From an uncultured Actinomycetota bacterium (GTDB lineage Bacteria; Actinomycetota; Acidimicrobiia; Spongiisociales; UBA4744): a DNA stretch of 64,000 nt. Under the pieces are notes generated by a model. That model was not told the origin of the DNA. It did no database searches and was given only the letters and a program-made list of their open reading frames with translations. This document shows positions 56,822 to 64,000 of the stretch, piece by piece. Numbering within the stretch: the stretch's first letter is position 1; each line of letters starts with the position of its first letter. The DNA lies in the NCBI GenBank assembly GCA_963723165.1, contig CAVRPP010000004.1:26644-90643 (forward strand), written 5' to 3'. Position numbers and translations under genes: made by a program.

Positions 56822-57607
56822 CTACTCGCGGCCGTGTCGCCGACGAAACTCACGTCCCAGTTCCCGATAGGCGATGGCGCCCCTGCTCATTGGATCAAAT
56901 GCCTCGATCGGTTCGCCATACGAGGGCGCCTCAGAAAGGCGGACCGACCTGGGGATAACGGTCTTGAAGGCAAGGTCGCCAAAAAAGTCCCTGACCTGGG
57001 CAACTACGTCGCGAGACAAGTTGGTCCGCCCGTCGAACATGGTCAGTACCACACCACCGATTTTGAGATCCCGGTTGAGGTTGCCGGAAACCAGCTCGAT
57101 ATTCTTCATCAGCTGGCTCAGACCCTCGAGGGCGTAATACTCACACTGGATGGGGATCAAAACCTCGCCGGCAGCCGCCAGGGCGTTGACCGTCAGCAGA
57201 CCCAGGGATGGGGGGCAATCGATCAGGACAAAGTCAAAATCCTTCTCGATATGTGAGAAGGCTTCGCGAAGACGAAGTTCACGGGAGAACATGGAAACTA
57301 GTTCAATCTCTGACCCAGCCAGATCAATGGTGGCCGGCACAACGAAGAGATCCCGCACGCTCGTGGGCTCGATGACATCTACCAGTGGCGCATTACGAAT
57401 GATGACATCGTAAATCGACGTCGTTATGCCGGAACGGTCGATGCCCAAGCCAGATGTGCTGTTTCCCTGGGGATCCAGATCAACGACAAGGACCCGTTCC
57501 CCCTGGTAGGCCATTGCTGCAGCCAGGTTGATTGCGGTGGTTGACTTGCCAACGCCGCCCTTTTGATTGGTGATGGCGATGACTGTGAAGTCGTGTTCAG
57601 TGCTCAC
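56822..57607 (-). CDS. parA: chromosome partitioning ATPase ParA (Soj)
   Basis: Deviant Walker A NQKGGVGKSTT. GTG start at 57607 (VSTEHDFTVIAI) overlaps the rsmG 3' end by 11 nt. Confidence 0.9.
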   Translation of the reverse strand: MSTEHDFTVIAITNQKGGVGKSTTAINLAAAMAYQGERVLVVDLDPQGNSTSGLGIDRSGITTSIYDVIIRNAPLVDVIEPTSVRDLFVVPATIDLAGSEIELVSMFSRELRLREAFSHIEKDFDFVLIDCPPSLGLLTVNALAAAGEVLIPIQCEYYALEGLSQLMKNIELVSGNLNRDLKIGGVVLTMFDGRTNLSRDVVAQVRDFFGDLAFKTVIPRSVRLSEAPSYGEPIEAFDPMSRGAIAYRELGREFRRRHGRE

Positions 57608-58250
57608 TGGCGCCCATGATAAGAAGTGAAACGGAGCCGTCAAGGACCGTTTCCGGAACCTCAACAAGTTGAACCGCGTATCGAGCCGAGATTCCGGCTT
57701 CAATTGACTGGCGATTGGACTCACCTCGCAGACCAACCACGCCCGTCCCATTCTCTCCCAGCAATCCCTCGACCACGCCAACGGCTTTCCCCGGAGGGAA
57801 GACGGCCCTGCAAACTACGGCTTGCCAGGCAGTCTGCTCCGCAACGACATCAGCTTGCCGCACTTCGACGTTTGCCAATCGGAGCCGTCGAACGGCCCTC
57901 CTGGCCAAATCGACGCGCCGGCCCGACCGTTCCAGCAGGATCACTCTGGTTCCGGGCCAGAGAATAGCAAGAGGAATACCGGGAAGACCGACCCCGGCCC
58001 CGATATCTAACAGCCGCAACGGTGGATCAGCTCTGAACCATCCCCGGGCAAAGGCCAGCGAATCGGCCAGGTGTCTGGGCCAGATTCGTTGTGCCTCCCG
58101 TGGCCCGATACCTCCGGCAACGACGGCTTCGGAATTCAACCACTCGGCAAACTCGTTGAGTTGATCCCATTGACGAGGTTGAAGGGGTTCACTCTCCAGC
58201 CAGTCCAGGACGCCCGCAACCGCTGTTTGCCCTTCGTGGAGATGTTTCAC
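57597..58250 (-). CDS. rsmG: 16S rRNA (guanine527-N7)-methyltransferase
   Basis: SAM motif LLDIGAGVGLPGIPLAI. Conserved position between jag and parA. Confidence 0.9.
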   Translation of the reverse strand: MKHLHEGQTAVAGVLDWLESEPLQPRQWDQLNEFAEWLNSEAVVAGGIGPREAQRIWPRHLADSLAFARGWFRADPPLRLLDIGAGVGLPGIPLAILWPGTRVILLERSGRRVDLARRAVRRLRLANVEVRQADVVAEQTAWQAVVCRAVFPPGKAVGVVEGLLGENGTGVVGLRGESNRQSIEAGISARYAVQLVEVPETVLDGSVSLLIMGASEH

Positions 58251-58258
58251 GTGAAACT
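58243..58258. promoter_or_regulatory. parS centromere-like site
   Basis: TGTTTCACGTGAAACT. The 14-bp core GTTTCACGTGAAAC is a perfect palindrome identical to the actinobacterial/Bacillus parS core. It overlaps the rsmG GTG start codon. Confidence 0.8.
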
Positions 58259-58282
58259 AGAGGGCTGTGGCCGCTTCGAGGG

Positions 58283-59191
58283 CTATTCTTCGCGAGCGAT
58301 CACCACTGACCGTCGGGGTTCTTCGCCTTCGGAGTAGGTTCGCACGCCTTCGACCTCGCCTACCGTGTCGTGGATGACCTTCCGCTCGGCAGCGTTCATG
58401 GGTTCGACCATGACCTCACCGCCCTCGTCGATCACTTGTTGGGCGAGGCGCTGGGCATAGATCTTGAGCGCTTCGCGGCGCCGTTCGGAATATCCGGCGA
58501 TATCCAGTCGTATTCTCGCCGATTCCTGGGTCTTTCGCTGCACAACCGTTTTGGCCAGTTCATGAATCGACTGGAGAATCACGCCCCGCGATCCAACCAG
58601 GGCTTCGGTTTCGCTGCCGACAACGTCGGCGTAGATGATGTCGTCGTCGACCCTGGTTTCCACAGTGCCCTCGAGGCCAAATGCACTGAGCAGACCCTCG
58701 AGGAATTCGCCCACGACGCTCGCCTGCTCTTCTCGGCTCACGGTAATCTCCCTTGACTCGGCTGTCCGACTGCCGCCGTCCTTCGGCGGTCGTTCTTCGC
58801 TTGTTTTCTTCTGCGGCGGGTTGGCCCGGCGGGACGCCTGCTGCTTTGCTCCGCTCGACCTCCCCTGGTTCTTGTCCTGTCCGGCTCGTCGTTCTCCCGA
58901 ACTTTTTCCTGACGAGCGCTGGTCGCGACGCTGGCCGCTGCGGGCGGCTTGATCCCGCCCTCCTTGACCAGAGCCGTCCCGCTTGCCCTTGGCCGATCGG
59001 GTTCGACGACGCTTCTTGGGGCGTGGTTTGACGCGAACGACCGCGTCGGTCCGCCCGATGCCCAAGAATCCCTTCTCCGGTTCTTGGAGAATCTCCACGT
59101 CCGCGTCTTCACGAGATTCAATTCCCAGTTCGGCCAGCGCAGCCTCTACGGCTACTTCGACCGAGGGTCCTTTGACTTCAACCCACTCCAC
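58283..59191 (-). CDS. jag: Jag/SpoIIIJ-associated RNA-binding protein (Jag_N, KH, R3H) with a long basic linker
   Basis: N-terminus VEVKGPSVEVAVEAALAELG. C-terminal KH/R3H (EPMNAAERKVIHD...SEGEEPRRSVVI). About 100 aa of Arg/Lys/Gln/Ser-rich linker. Confidence 0.85.
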   Translation of the reverse strand: MEWVEVKGPSVEVAVEAALAELGIESREDADVEILQEPEKGFLGIGRTDAVVRVKPRPKKRRRTRSAKGKRDGSGQGGRDQAARSGQRRDQRSSGKSSGERRAGQDKNQGRSSGAKQQASRRANPPQKKTSEERPPKDGGSRTAESREITVSREEQASVVGEFLEGLLSAFGLEGTVETRVDDDIIYADVVGSETEALVGSRGVILQSIHELAKTVVQRKTQESARIRLDIAGYSERRREALKIYAQRLAQQVIDEGGEVMVEPMNAAERKVIHDTVGEVEGVRTYSEGEEPRRSVVIAREE

Positions 59192-59193
59192 GC

Positions 59194-60048
59194 TTACTTC
59201 CTCCTGCGCCGTTTGCGCTTCTTCTCCGACACCGATTGCGAAACCGGCTTGATGGGCGGTTCGATAATCCCCGGCTCGGGTTCCGGCGGCGGCCGGTTGG
59301 GCCGCCCGTCGATCTTGAAGATCAACGCTTGCTGGCCGATCCGGAAGATATTGGCCGTTACGAAGTAGATGTTCAATCCGGCCGGGAAAGAATAGGAAAA
59401 GAACCCGAACATCAACGGCATGATCTTGGTGATCAGCTGCATTTGACGAGCTTGATCACTGTCCTTGCTCTGTCCTCGAGTTGTCTGCCATTGTTGGAAA
59501 TATGCCGTGCCGAGCACGACCAGGACAATGAGGATGTAGGGAAGAGCGGCTCCCAGGTCAAAGCCGGTGTCTGCGGTGATAACTTCGCTGGGGGACAGGC
59601 TCAGGTTCATTCCGAGGAATGTTCCTTCGGTCTCTTTGCTCAGAACGTCAAAGAGCCTGGAAGATTCTGGAATGAACGATACGGCGTCCGTGTTGTTGCT
59701 TGACTGGTTGAGCGGATCCCTGAGCAGTCGGAAGAGCCCGAACCAGATCGGCATCTGGATCAGCATGGGGAACAGGCACCCCGCCGGGTTGACGCCCTTC
59801 TCTTTGTAGAGGGCCATCATCTCCTTCTGGAGTGTCTCTTGATCGTCCTTGTATTGCTTCTGGAGCTTCTTGACCTCGGGTTGAATCTCGGTCATCGCCC
59901 TCGTCGAACGGGTCTGTTTGAGCGTCAACGGGAACATCAACACGTTGACCACCAGGGTCAGGAAAATTATGGCAAGCCCGTAATTGGGGATGAGTTCGTA
60001 GAAGAACGTCATCGGAACTGCGATGATTCTGGCCAGTGTGTCGAGCAT
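59194..60048 (-). CDS. yidC: membrane protein insertase YidC
   Basis: Start MLDTLARII at 60048. Motifs LTLKQTRS, MQ..QPE.KKLQ.KYKDD, and a basic C-terminal tail. Confidence 0.9.
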   Translation of the reverse strand: MLDTLARIIAVPMTFFYELIPNYGLAIIFLTLVVNVLMFPLTLKQTRSTRAMTEIQPEVKKLQKQYKDDQETLQKEMMALYKEKGVNPAGCLFPMLIQMPIWFGLFRLLRDPLNQSSNNTDAVSFIPESSRLFDVLSKETEGTFLGMNLSLSPSEVITADTGFDLGAALPYILIVLVVLGTAYFQQWQTTRGQSKDSDQARQMQLITKIMPLMFGFFSYSFPAGLNIYFVTANIFRIGQQALIFKIDGRPNRPPPEPEPGIIEPPIKPVSQSVSEKKRKRRRRK

Positions 60049-60311
60049 TACTGTTCTTTCTTCGAGGTAGCCGGCACCGGGTCGTATCCGCCTTCTGCCA
60101 GAGGATGGCACCGGCCGATTCGCCTCATACCCATCCAGGTCCCGCGGATGAGGCCAAAGCGGCCAATGGCTTCATAGGCATACTGGGAACACGTGGGGGA
60201 GTAGCGGCAATTCTTGCCCATCGACGGGGAAAAGGCCCGTTGATAGGCGCGCACGAGTGCCCGACCCGTCCAGGCCGCCGGACCCACTCTTTGTGCATCG
60301 AGATCATCCAT
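60048..60311 (-). CDS. yidD: membrane protein insertion efficiency factor YidD
   Basis: YQRAFSP....[15 protein letters not shown]...G...G..RI.RCHP motif. Start MDDLDAQ at 60311. Confidence 0.85.
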   Translation of the reverse strand: MDDLDAQRVGPAAWTGRALVRAYQRAFSPSMGKNCRYSPTCSQYAYEAIGRFGLIRGTWMGMRRIGRCHPLAEGGYDPVPATSKKEQ

Positions 60312-60668
60312 CTGATGTTTCCTCACCAACCGCCGCTCGCAACCAGCCCACCACTTCGCCAAACGGTGCCGTCAGCACCGTCGAAGAAGCGACGACCACG
60401 TAATCGTTACCCTCTCGCAAGGGTATGACTGCGAGCGCTTCGCGGAGGCGCCGTTTCGCGCGGTTGCGTTGCGCGGCGCCACCTACTTTCTTCTTTCCGG
60501 CCACTACGCCGACCGCGGTGGACCCGGTTCGCCCGATGCCACGATAACTACCACGCCGCCCTTACGACGGCGACTTCCCATACGAAAGGCTCGCCGAAAC
60601 GCTGCGCGACCACGAAGAGACGTGTAACCGCGACCGCTAGGCCGAGATACGCTGGCGCCCCTTGGCAC
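60304..60668 (-). CDS. rnpA: ribonuclease P protein component, needs a 1-nt correction near 60513
   Basis: C-terminal part ([28 protein letters not shown]...) is in one frame. N-terminal part (GTG 60668: [52 protein letters not shown]) is in another. Adding one G after CGG at 60515-60513 gives a 121-aa RnpA with ...[15 protein letters not shown].... Confidence 0.8.
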
Positions 60669-60771
60669 GACGCCGCTTCAACACGGCGCGTCCGGCACGA
60701 GTGCGCATCCGGGAGCGAAAGCCGTGCTTTCGCTTGCGTCGCCGAACATTTGGCTGGTAGGTACGTTTCAT
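60637..60771 (-). CDS. rpmH: 50S ribosomal protein L34
   Basis: [39 protein letters not shown]; 44 aa. Confidence 0.95.
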   Translation of the reverse strand: MKRTYQPNVRRRKRKHGFRSRMRTRAGRAVLKRRRAKGRQRISA

Positions 60772-61065
60772 CGGGACCCCGGTTTCGAGAATAGAGGAGG
60801 TGAGCGAAAAGGTTACAGCGGGTAGGGCGCTTGTCAAAGGCGGATCCGCCCCGGAGGCCGATCGCGGCTACTGGCGGTGAGCAAACAACCACGGCAAGGT
60901 CACCCCGCGAAGACTTTTCCTAGGACGCGAAAAGCTATTTTGCCCCGGTTTGCCGCCGGCCGGGTGATCGCCTCGTTTCTTTGACCCGAGAAAACCGGGC
61001 TCAAGCTGGGTAAACTCTATTCGTCACGGTGTCGGAATCGTCTGGTAAGCCCTGATTTCACGTTC

Positions 61066-61094
61066 TTGTGGCCACCTTGGTGACGTCATATACT
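61066..61094 (+). promoter_or_regulatory. possible dnaA promoter
   Basis: TTGTGG-17 nt-TATACT, about 175 nt upstream of the dnaA start. Sequence match only. Confidence 0.3.
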
Positions 61095-61205
61095 CGCTCA
61101 CCGTTGGACGCCAGGGGAGTGGCTCCACTTCCCCCGGAAGACGTAGATCATCCGGCTGTGGCTACTCCCTCCTGGCAGCCAACCGACAGGCCTGTTTCTC
61201 CACAG

Positions 61206-61238
61206 ATTGTGGACAGGTCTGTGGATAGGAGATTTGTA
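61206..61238. promoter_or_regulatory. cluster of three DnaA boxes just upstream of dnaA
   Basis: TTCTCCACA (61206-61214), TGTGGACAG (61219-61227) and TGTGGATAG (61230-61238), against the consensus TT(A/G)TCCACA and its complement. Confidence 0.6.
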
Positions 61239-61267
61239 CGCAGACGTAGTGACTCAGGAGGGGACAC

Positions 61268-62638
61268 GTGGCGGAACCTCAGTCGCTGACGGGGGAAGTT
61301 GACTTCTTCAGAAACGCGGTGCAATCCCGCGTCAGTCCCGTCAACTGGCAAACCTGGCTTGCTCCCCTGGGAGTGAGACCCAACGACGGTTCGATCAGCA
61401 TCACGGCACCAAGCGAATTCCACTTGCAGTGGGTCCAGGAAAAGCATCTCGGCGTGCTCGAGGATGCGGCCCGGGCGACGTTTGGGCCGGGCAACGAACT
61501 CATATTCGATATCGCTCTTGCCGACCAGGCCACAGAGGATGGCGACCTCGAAGATGAGGAAGAGCGGCCTCCGATCAGTAGCGCCGCCTCTCCTCCCGAG
61601 CCTGGTTCGGCGAACCGGCGCCTGCAGGGGAAATATACGTTCGACAACTTCGTAGTCGGCCAGTCCAATCGCTTTGCCCATGCGGCCGCGATGGCCGTGG
61701 CCGAGCAGCCGGGCGGTCACTACAACCCCCTGTTCATTTACGGAGGTGCCGGCCTCGGCAAAACTCATCTCCTCCATGCAGTCGGCCACCACGCTCTCGA
61801 GCTGCGGCCCGGCGCCCTTGTCCGCTATGTGTCTTCGGAGAATTTCTTCAACGAATTCATCGACGGCATCCGCAAGAAGAAGATGGACGAGTTCAAAGCC
61901 CGCTACCGCACCACGGATGTCTTGCTATTGGATGACGTGCAGTTCTTCGAGCGGAAGGAACAGATTCTCGAGGAGTTCTTCCATACGTTCAACGATCTGT
62001 ACGAGGCCGGAAAACAGATGGTCATCAGCTCCGATCGTCACCCCAAGCACCTGGCCACGCTGGAGGACCGCCTGCGGAGTCGTTTCGAATGGGGCTTGCT
62101 TACCGATATCCAGCCTCCGGACGTCGAAACGCGGATCGCCATCTTGCGAAAGAACGCCGAGTTTGCTCCGAAACCGGTCAGTGCCGAGGTGCTGCATTTC
62201 ATCGCCGAAAATGTGCAAGACAACATCCGGGAACTCGAAGGCGCTCTCACCCGGGTAACGGCCTACGCGGCTCTCACCAACCAGAGCATCACGTTCGATA
62301 TGGCCCAGGACGTGTTGCAGGATTTGCGCCCGGCCGCCTCCCAACGCCCGATTTCAGCCGAGGAGATCATCAATGCCACGGCTGCCGCTTACGGGTTCTC
62401 GGCCGACGACCTCCGCAGCCCCAGCCGTCGCCAACCACTCGTCCTGTCCCGCCAGGTTGCGATGTATGTCTGCCGGGAGCAAACAGACCTCTCACTGCCA
62501 AAGATCGGCGCACTGTTTGGGGGCCGTGACCACACCACAGTCATGCACGCCATCGACAAGGTGAAACGGCTCCTGCTCACCGACCACCAGGTATTCGAGC
62601 GAGTCACGGCTTTATCCCAGCAGCTGAGGAGAACCTGA
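61268..62638 (+). CDS. dnaA: chromosomal replication initiator protein DnaA
   Basis: Walker A GGAGLGKTHLLHA, LLLDDVQF, sensor motifs, C-terminal DNA-binding GGRDHTTVMHA. RBS GGAGGGG precedes the GTG. Confidence 0.97.
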   Translation: MAEPQSLTGEVDFFRNAVQSRVSPVNWQTWLAPLGVRPNDGSISITAPSEFHLQWVQEKHLGVLEDAARATFGPGNELIFDIALADQATEDGDLEDEEERPPISSAASPPEPGSANRRLQGKYTFDNFVVGQSNRFAHAAAMAVAEQPGGHYNPLFIYGGAGLGKTHLLHAVGHHALELRPGALVRYVSSENFFNEFIDGIRKKKMDEFKARYRTTDVLLLDDVQFFERKEQILEEFFHTFNDLYEAGKQMVISSDRHPKHLATLEDRLRSRFEWGLLTDIQPPDVETRIAILRKNAEFAPKPVSAEVLHFIAENVQDNIRELEGALTRVTAYAALTNQSITFDMAQDVLQDLRPAASQRPISAEEIINATAAAYGFSADDLRSPSRRQPLVLSRQVAMYVCREQTDLSLPKIGALFGGRDHTTVMHAIDKVKRLLLTDHQVFERVTALSQQLRRT

Positions 62639-62640
62639 TG

Positions 62641-62764
62641 TTCTCCACACGATGTGAGACGTGGCGCAGGAGTGATGGGGACAACCTCCAGATCGTCCCC
62701 AGGGGCTGTGGACGGCCAACGTGCGATCTGACCAGCCCTTTTGGCAACTTCTCCCCAATCCACA
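62641..62764. promoter_or_regulatory. DnaA boxes in the dnaA-dnaN spacer (candidate oriC core)
   Basis: TTCTCCACA (62641-62649), TGTGGACGG (62707-62715), CAATCCACA (62756-62764). Confidence 0.55.
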
Positions 62765-62786
62765 GGGCCTACTACAGCTACTACCG

Positions 62787-62813
62787 TTTACTAAACAAAA
62801 TATAGAAATAGAA
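62787..62813. promoter_or_regulatory. AT-rich tract, candidate DNA-unwinding element (or dnaN promoter)
   Basis: TTTACTAAACAAAATATAGAAATAGAA, a striking AT island in a GC-rich genome, adjacent to the DnaA boxes. Confidence 0.45.
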
Positions 62814-62826
62814 GGGACGGGACAAC

Positions 62827-63912
62827 TTGCGGATTCGAGCTGAACGAGACGACCTGGCCGATGTGTTCTCGCGGGCCAATCGAGGGGTCGGGGTGCGTCC
62901 TGCCCAAGCCATCCTGCAAGGTGTCTTGTGCGAAGTGCAGGGTGGAAGCCTCAAAGTAACCGGGACGGACCTCGAACTCACCGTCCGCACAACCACGGAG
63001 GTTGAGGTTCTCGAGGAAGGGGCGTTTGTCGTCCCGGCCCGATTGGCCAGCGAGGCGATCAAGAAGATGCCCCCAGGTGCGGTGACCCTGTCCTCAGGCG
63101 ACGGGGAGGTCGAGATCATGGGAGCCGGCCCTCGCTTCAGTCTGCGGGAACTTCCGGTGGACGAGTTTCCCCAACTGGCAGAGGCAGACTTTGCCGGTGC
63201 CGTCGACGCCGATGGAGATGAGCTCGTGGCGGCGATCGCCCAGGCCACCGTCGGAGCATCAGTTGACTCCGCCCGGCCGATTTTGACTGGAGTTCTGTTC
63301 GAGCAAGACGACGAAGGGGTGAGGTTGGTTGCGACAGACTCGTATCGTCTGGCGGTGCGGAAACTACCCGGGGTCGCATTGAAGGACTCCGGACTGGTTC
63401 CGGCTCGGGGCCTCCGGGAGATGAGCCGCACGGTTGGCTCGGCCAAGATGCAATTCTCCATACAACAGCGGGAAGCGGTCTTTGGTTCAACCAGGGGTTC
63501 GTTGACGCTGCGTCTCATCGAAGGAACCTTCCCGAATTACCGCCAGCTCCTACCCGAGTCCTACCCGAATCGGGTGGTGGTGACGAAAGAGGGTCTGCTG
63601 GAAGCGCTTGGAAGAGCATCCCTGGTAGCCGAAGACCACATCCCGGTGCGATTGCGGTTGATGGAAGGCGGGGTGGAGGTTACGGTGACCCGACAAGACG
63701 TTGGCGGTGAAACGGAACACATCCCCGGGGAGTACCAGGGAGAGGCCTCCGACGTGACGATCGCATTCAACCCGCGGTATCTCACGGATGGGGTATCTGC
63801 CATCGAATCAGACGAAGTGCAGATCGAGGTCACCGACGGTCTCAAGCCAAGTGTGATCAGAGGCGTTGACGACGATCGTTTCACCTACTTGTTGATGCCC
63901 GTCCGCATCTGA
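62827..63912 (+). CDS. dnaN: DNA polymerase III beta sliding clamp
   Basis: TTG start after GAAGGGA. Three-domain clamp pattern (LVATDSYRLA, GTFPNYRQLLP, MPVRI C-terminus). Confidence 0.95.
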   Translation: MRIRAERDDLADVFSRANRGVGVRPAQAILQGVLCEVQGGSLKVTGTDLELTVRTTTEVEVLEEGAFVVPARLASEAIKKMPPGAVTLSSGDGEVEIMGAGPRFSLRELPVDEFPQLAEADFAGAVDADGDELVAAIAQATVGASVDSARPILTGVLFEQDDEGVRLVATDSYRLAVRKLPGVALKDSGLVPARGLREMSRTVGSAKMQFSIQQREAVFGSTRGSLTLRLIEGTFPNYRQLLPESYPNRVVVTKEGLLEALGRASLVAEDHIPVRLRLMEGGVEVTVTRQDVGGETEHIPGEYQGEASDVTIAFNPRYLTDGVSAIESDEVQIEVTDGLKPSVIRGVDDDRFTYLLMPVRI

Positions 63913-64000
63913 ATGGAGTTCTCCTGGCTCGAGCTCAGAGACTTCCGTTCATACCGGGAACTCCGTCTCGAACCCGATCCGGGAGTCAATGTCTTCGTTG
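63913..64000 (+). CDS. recF: DNA replication/repair protein RecF, N-terminal fragment (continues beyond window)
   Basis: MEFSWLELRDFRSYRELRLEPDPGVNVFV. Starts directly after the dnaN stop, in the canonical dnaA-dnaN-recF order. Confidence 0.85.
   Translation, partial: MEFSWLELRDFRSYRELRLEPDPGVNVFV

Noticed and set aside
57615-57635. GTGAAAC half-site (and a TTTCACG half-site at about 61055) as additional parS sites
   Set aside because: Only half of the palindrome is present in each case. The single full site is at 58243-58258.
61148-61792. 214-aa ORF on the minus strand overlapping the dnaA start and leader
   Set aside because: It lies antisense to dnaA and its DnaA-box region. It shows no coding signal beyond being an open frame.

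Overview
High-GC (about mid-60s % by eye), gene-dense bacterial chromosome segment ending at the replication origin. The right-hand third reads sigM-like ECF sigma / anti-sigma / trxB / trxA / cwlM / parB / parA / rsmG / jag / yidC / yidD / rnpA / rpmH, then dnaA / dnaN / recF. This is the gene order known from the Mycobacterium tuberculosis origin region (Rv3911-Rv3924c, Rv0001-Rv0003), so the organism is most likely an actinobacterium. The rest is mainly housekeeping: a split arginine cluster (argC-argB ... argR-argG-argH), pyrE, nfo, uppS, pepP, deoD and cca. There are also regulatory and envelope genes: three ECF sigma factors, one two-component system, two class III cyclase multidomain proteins, a 7-blade FG-GAP protein, and a lone pilT. 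I found no rRNA, tRNA, CRISPR array, transposase, integrase or prophage genes, and no clear multi-gene defence island. Candidates worth a second look: (1) a PNPOx-like / ECF sigma / Ogt operon with no recognisable anti-sigma factor; (2) an MviN-type pseudokinase lacking the MurJ flippase domain, translationally coupled to the sigM module; (3) an in-frame Rieske-TPP enzyme fusion; (4) two near-identical 23-bp candidate ArgR operators; (5) a 51-codon His/Cys-rich ORF below the length cutoff of the supplied track; (6) origin features (parS, DnaA-box clusters, AT-rich element). At least four genes, including the normally essential rnpA, need a single-base correction to be read (a fifth, truncated locus at 8952-9206 may also be shifted), so sequence errors are likely and pseudogene calls are provisional. 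All family assignments come from motifs read by eye in the translations. No database search was run.
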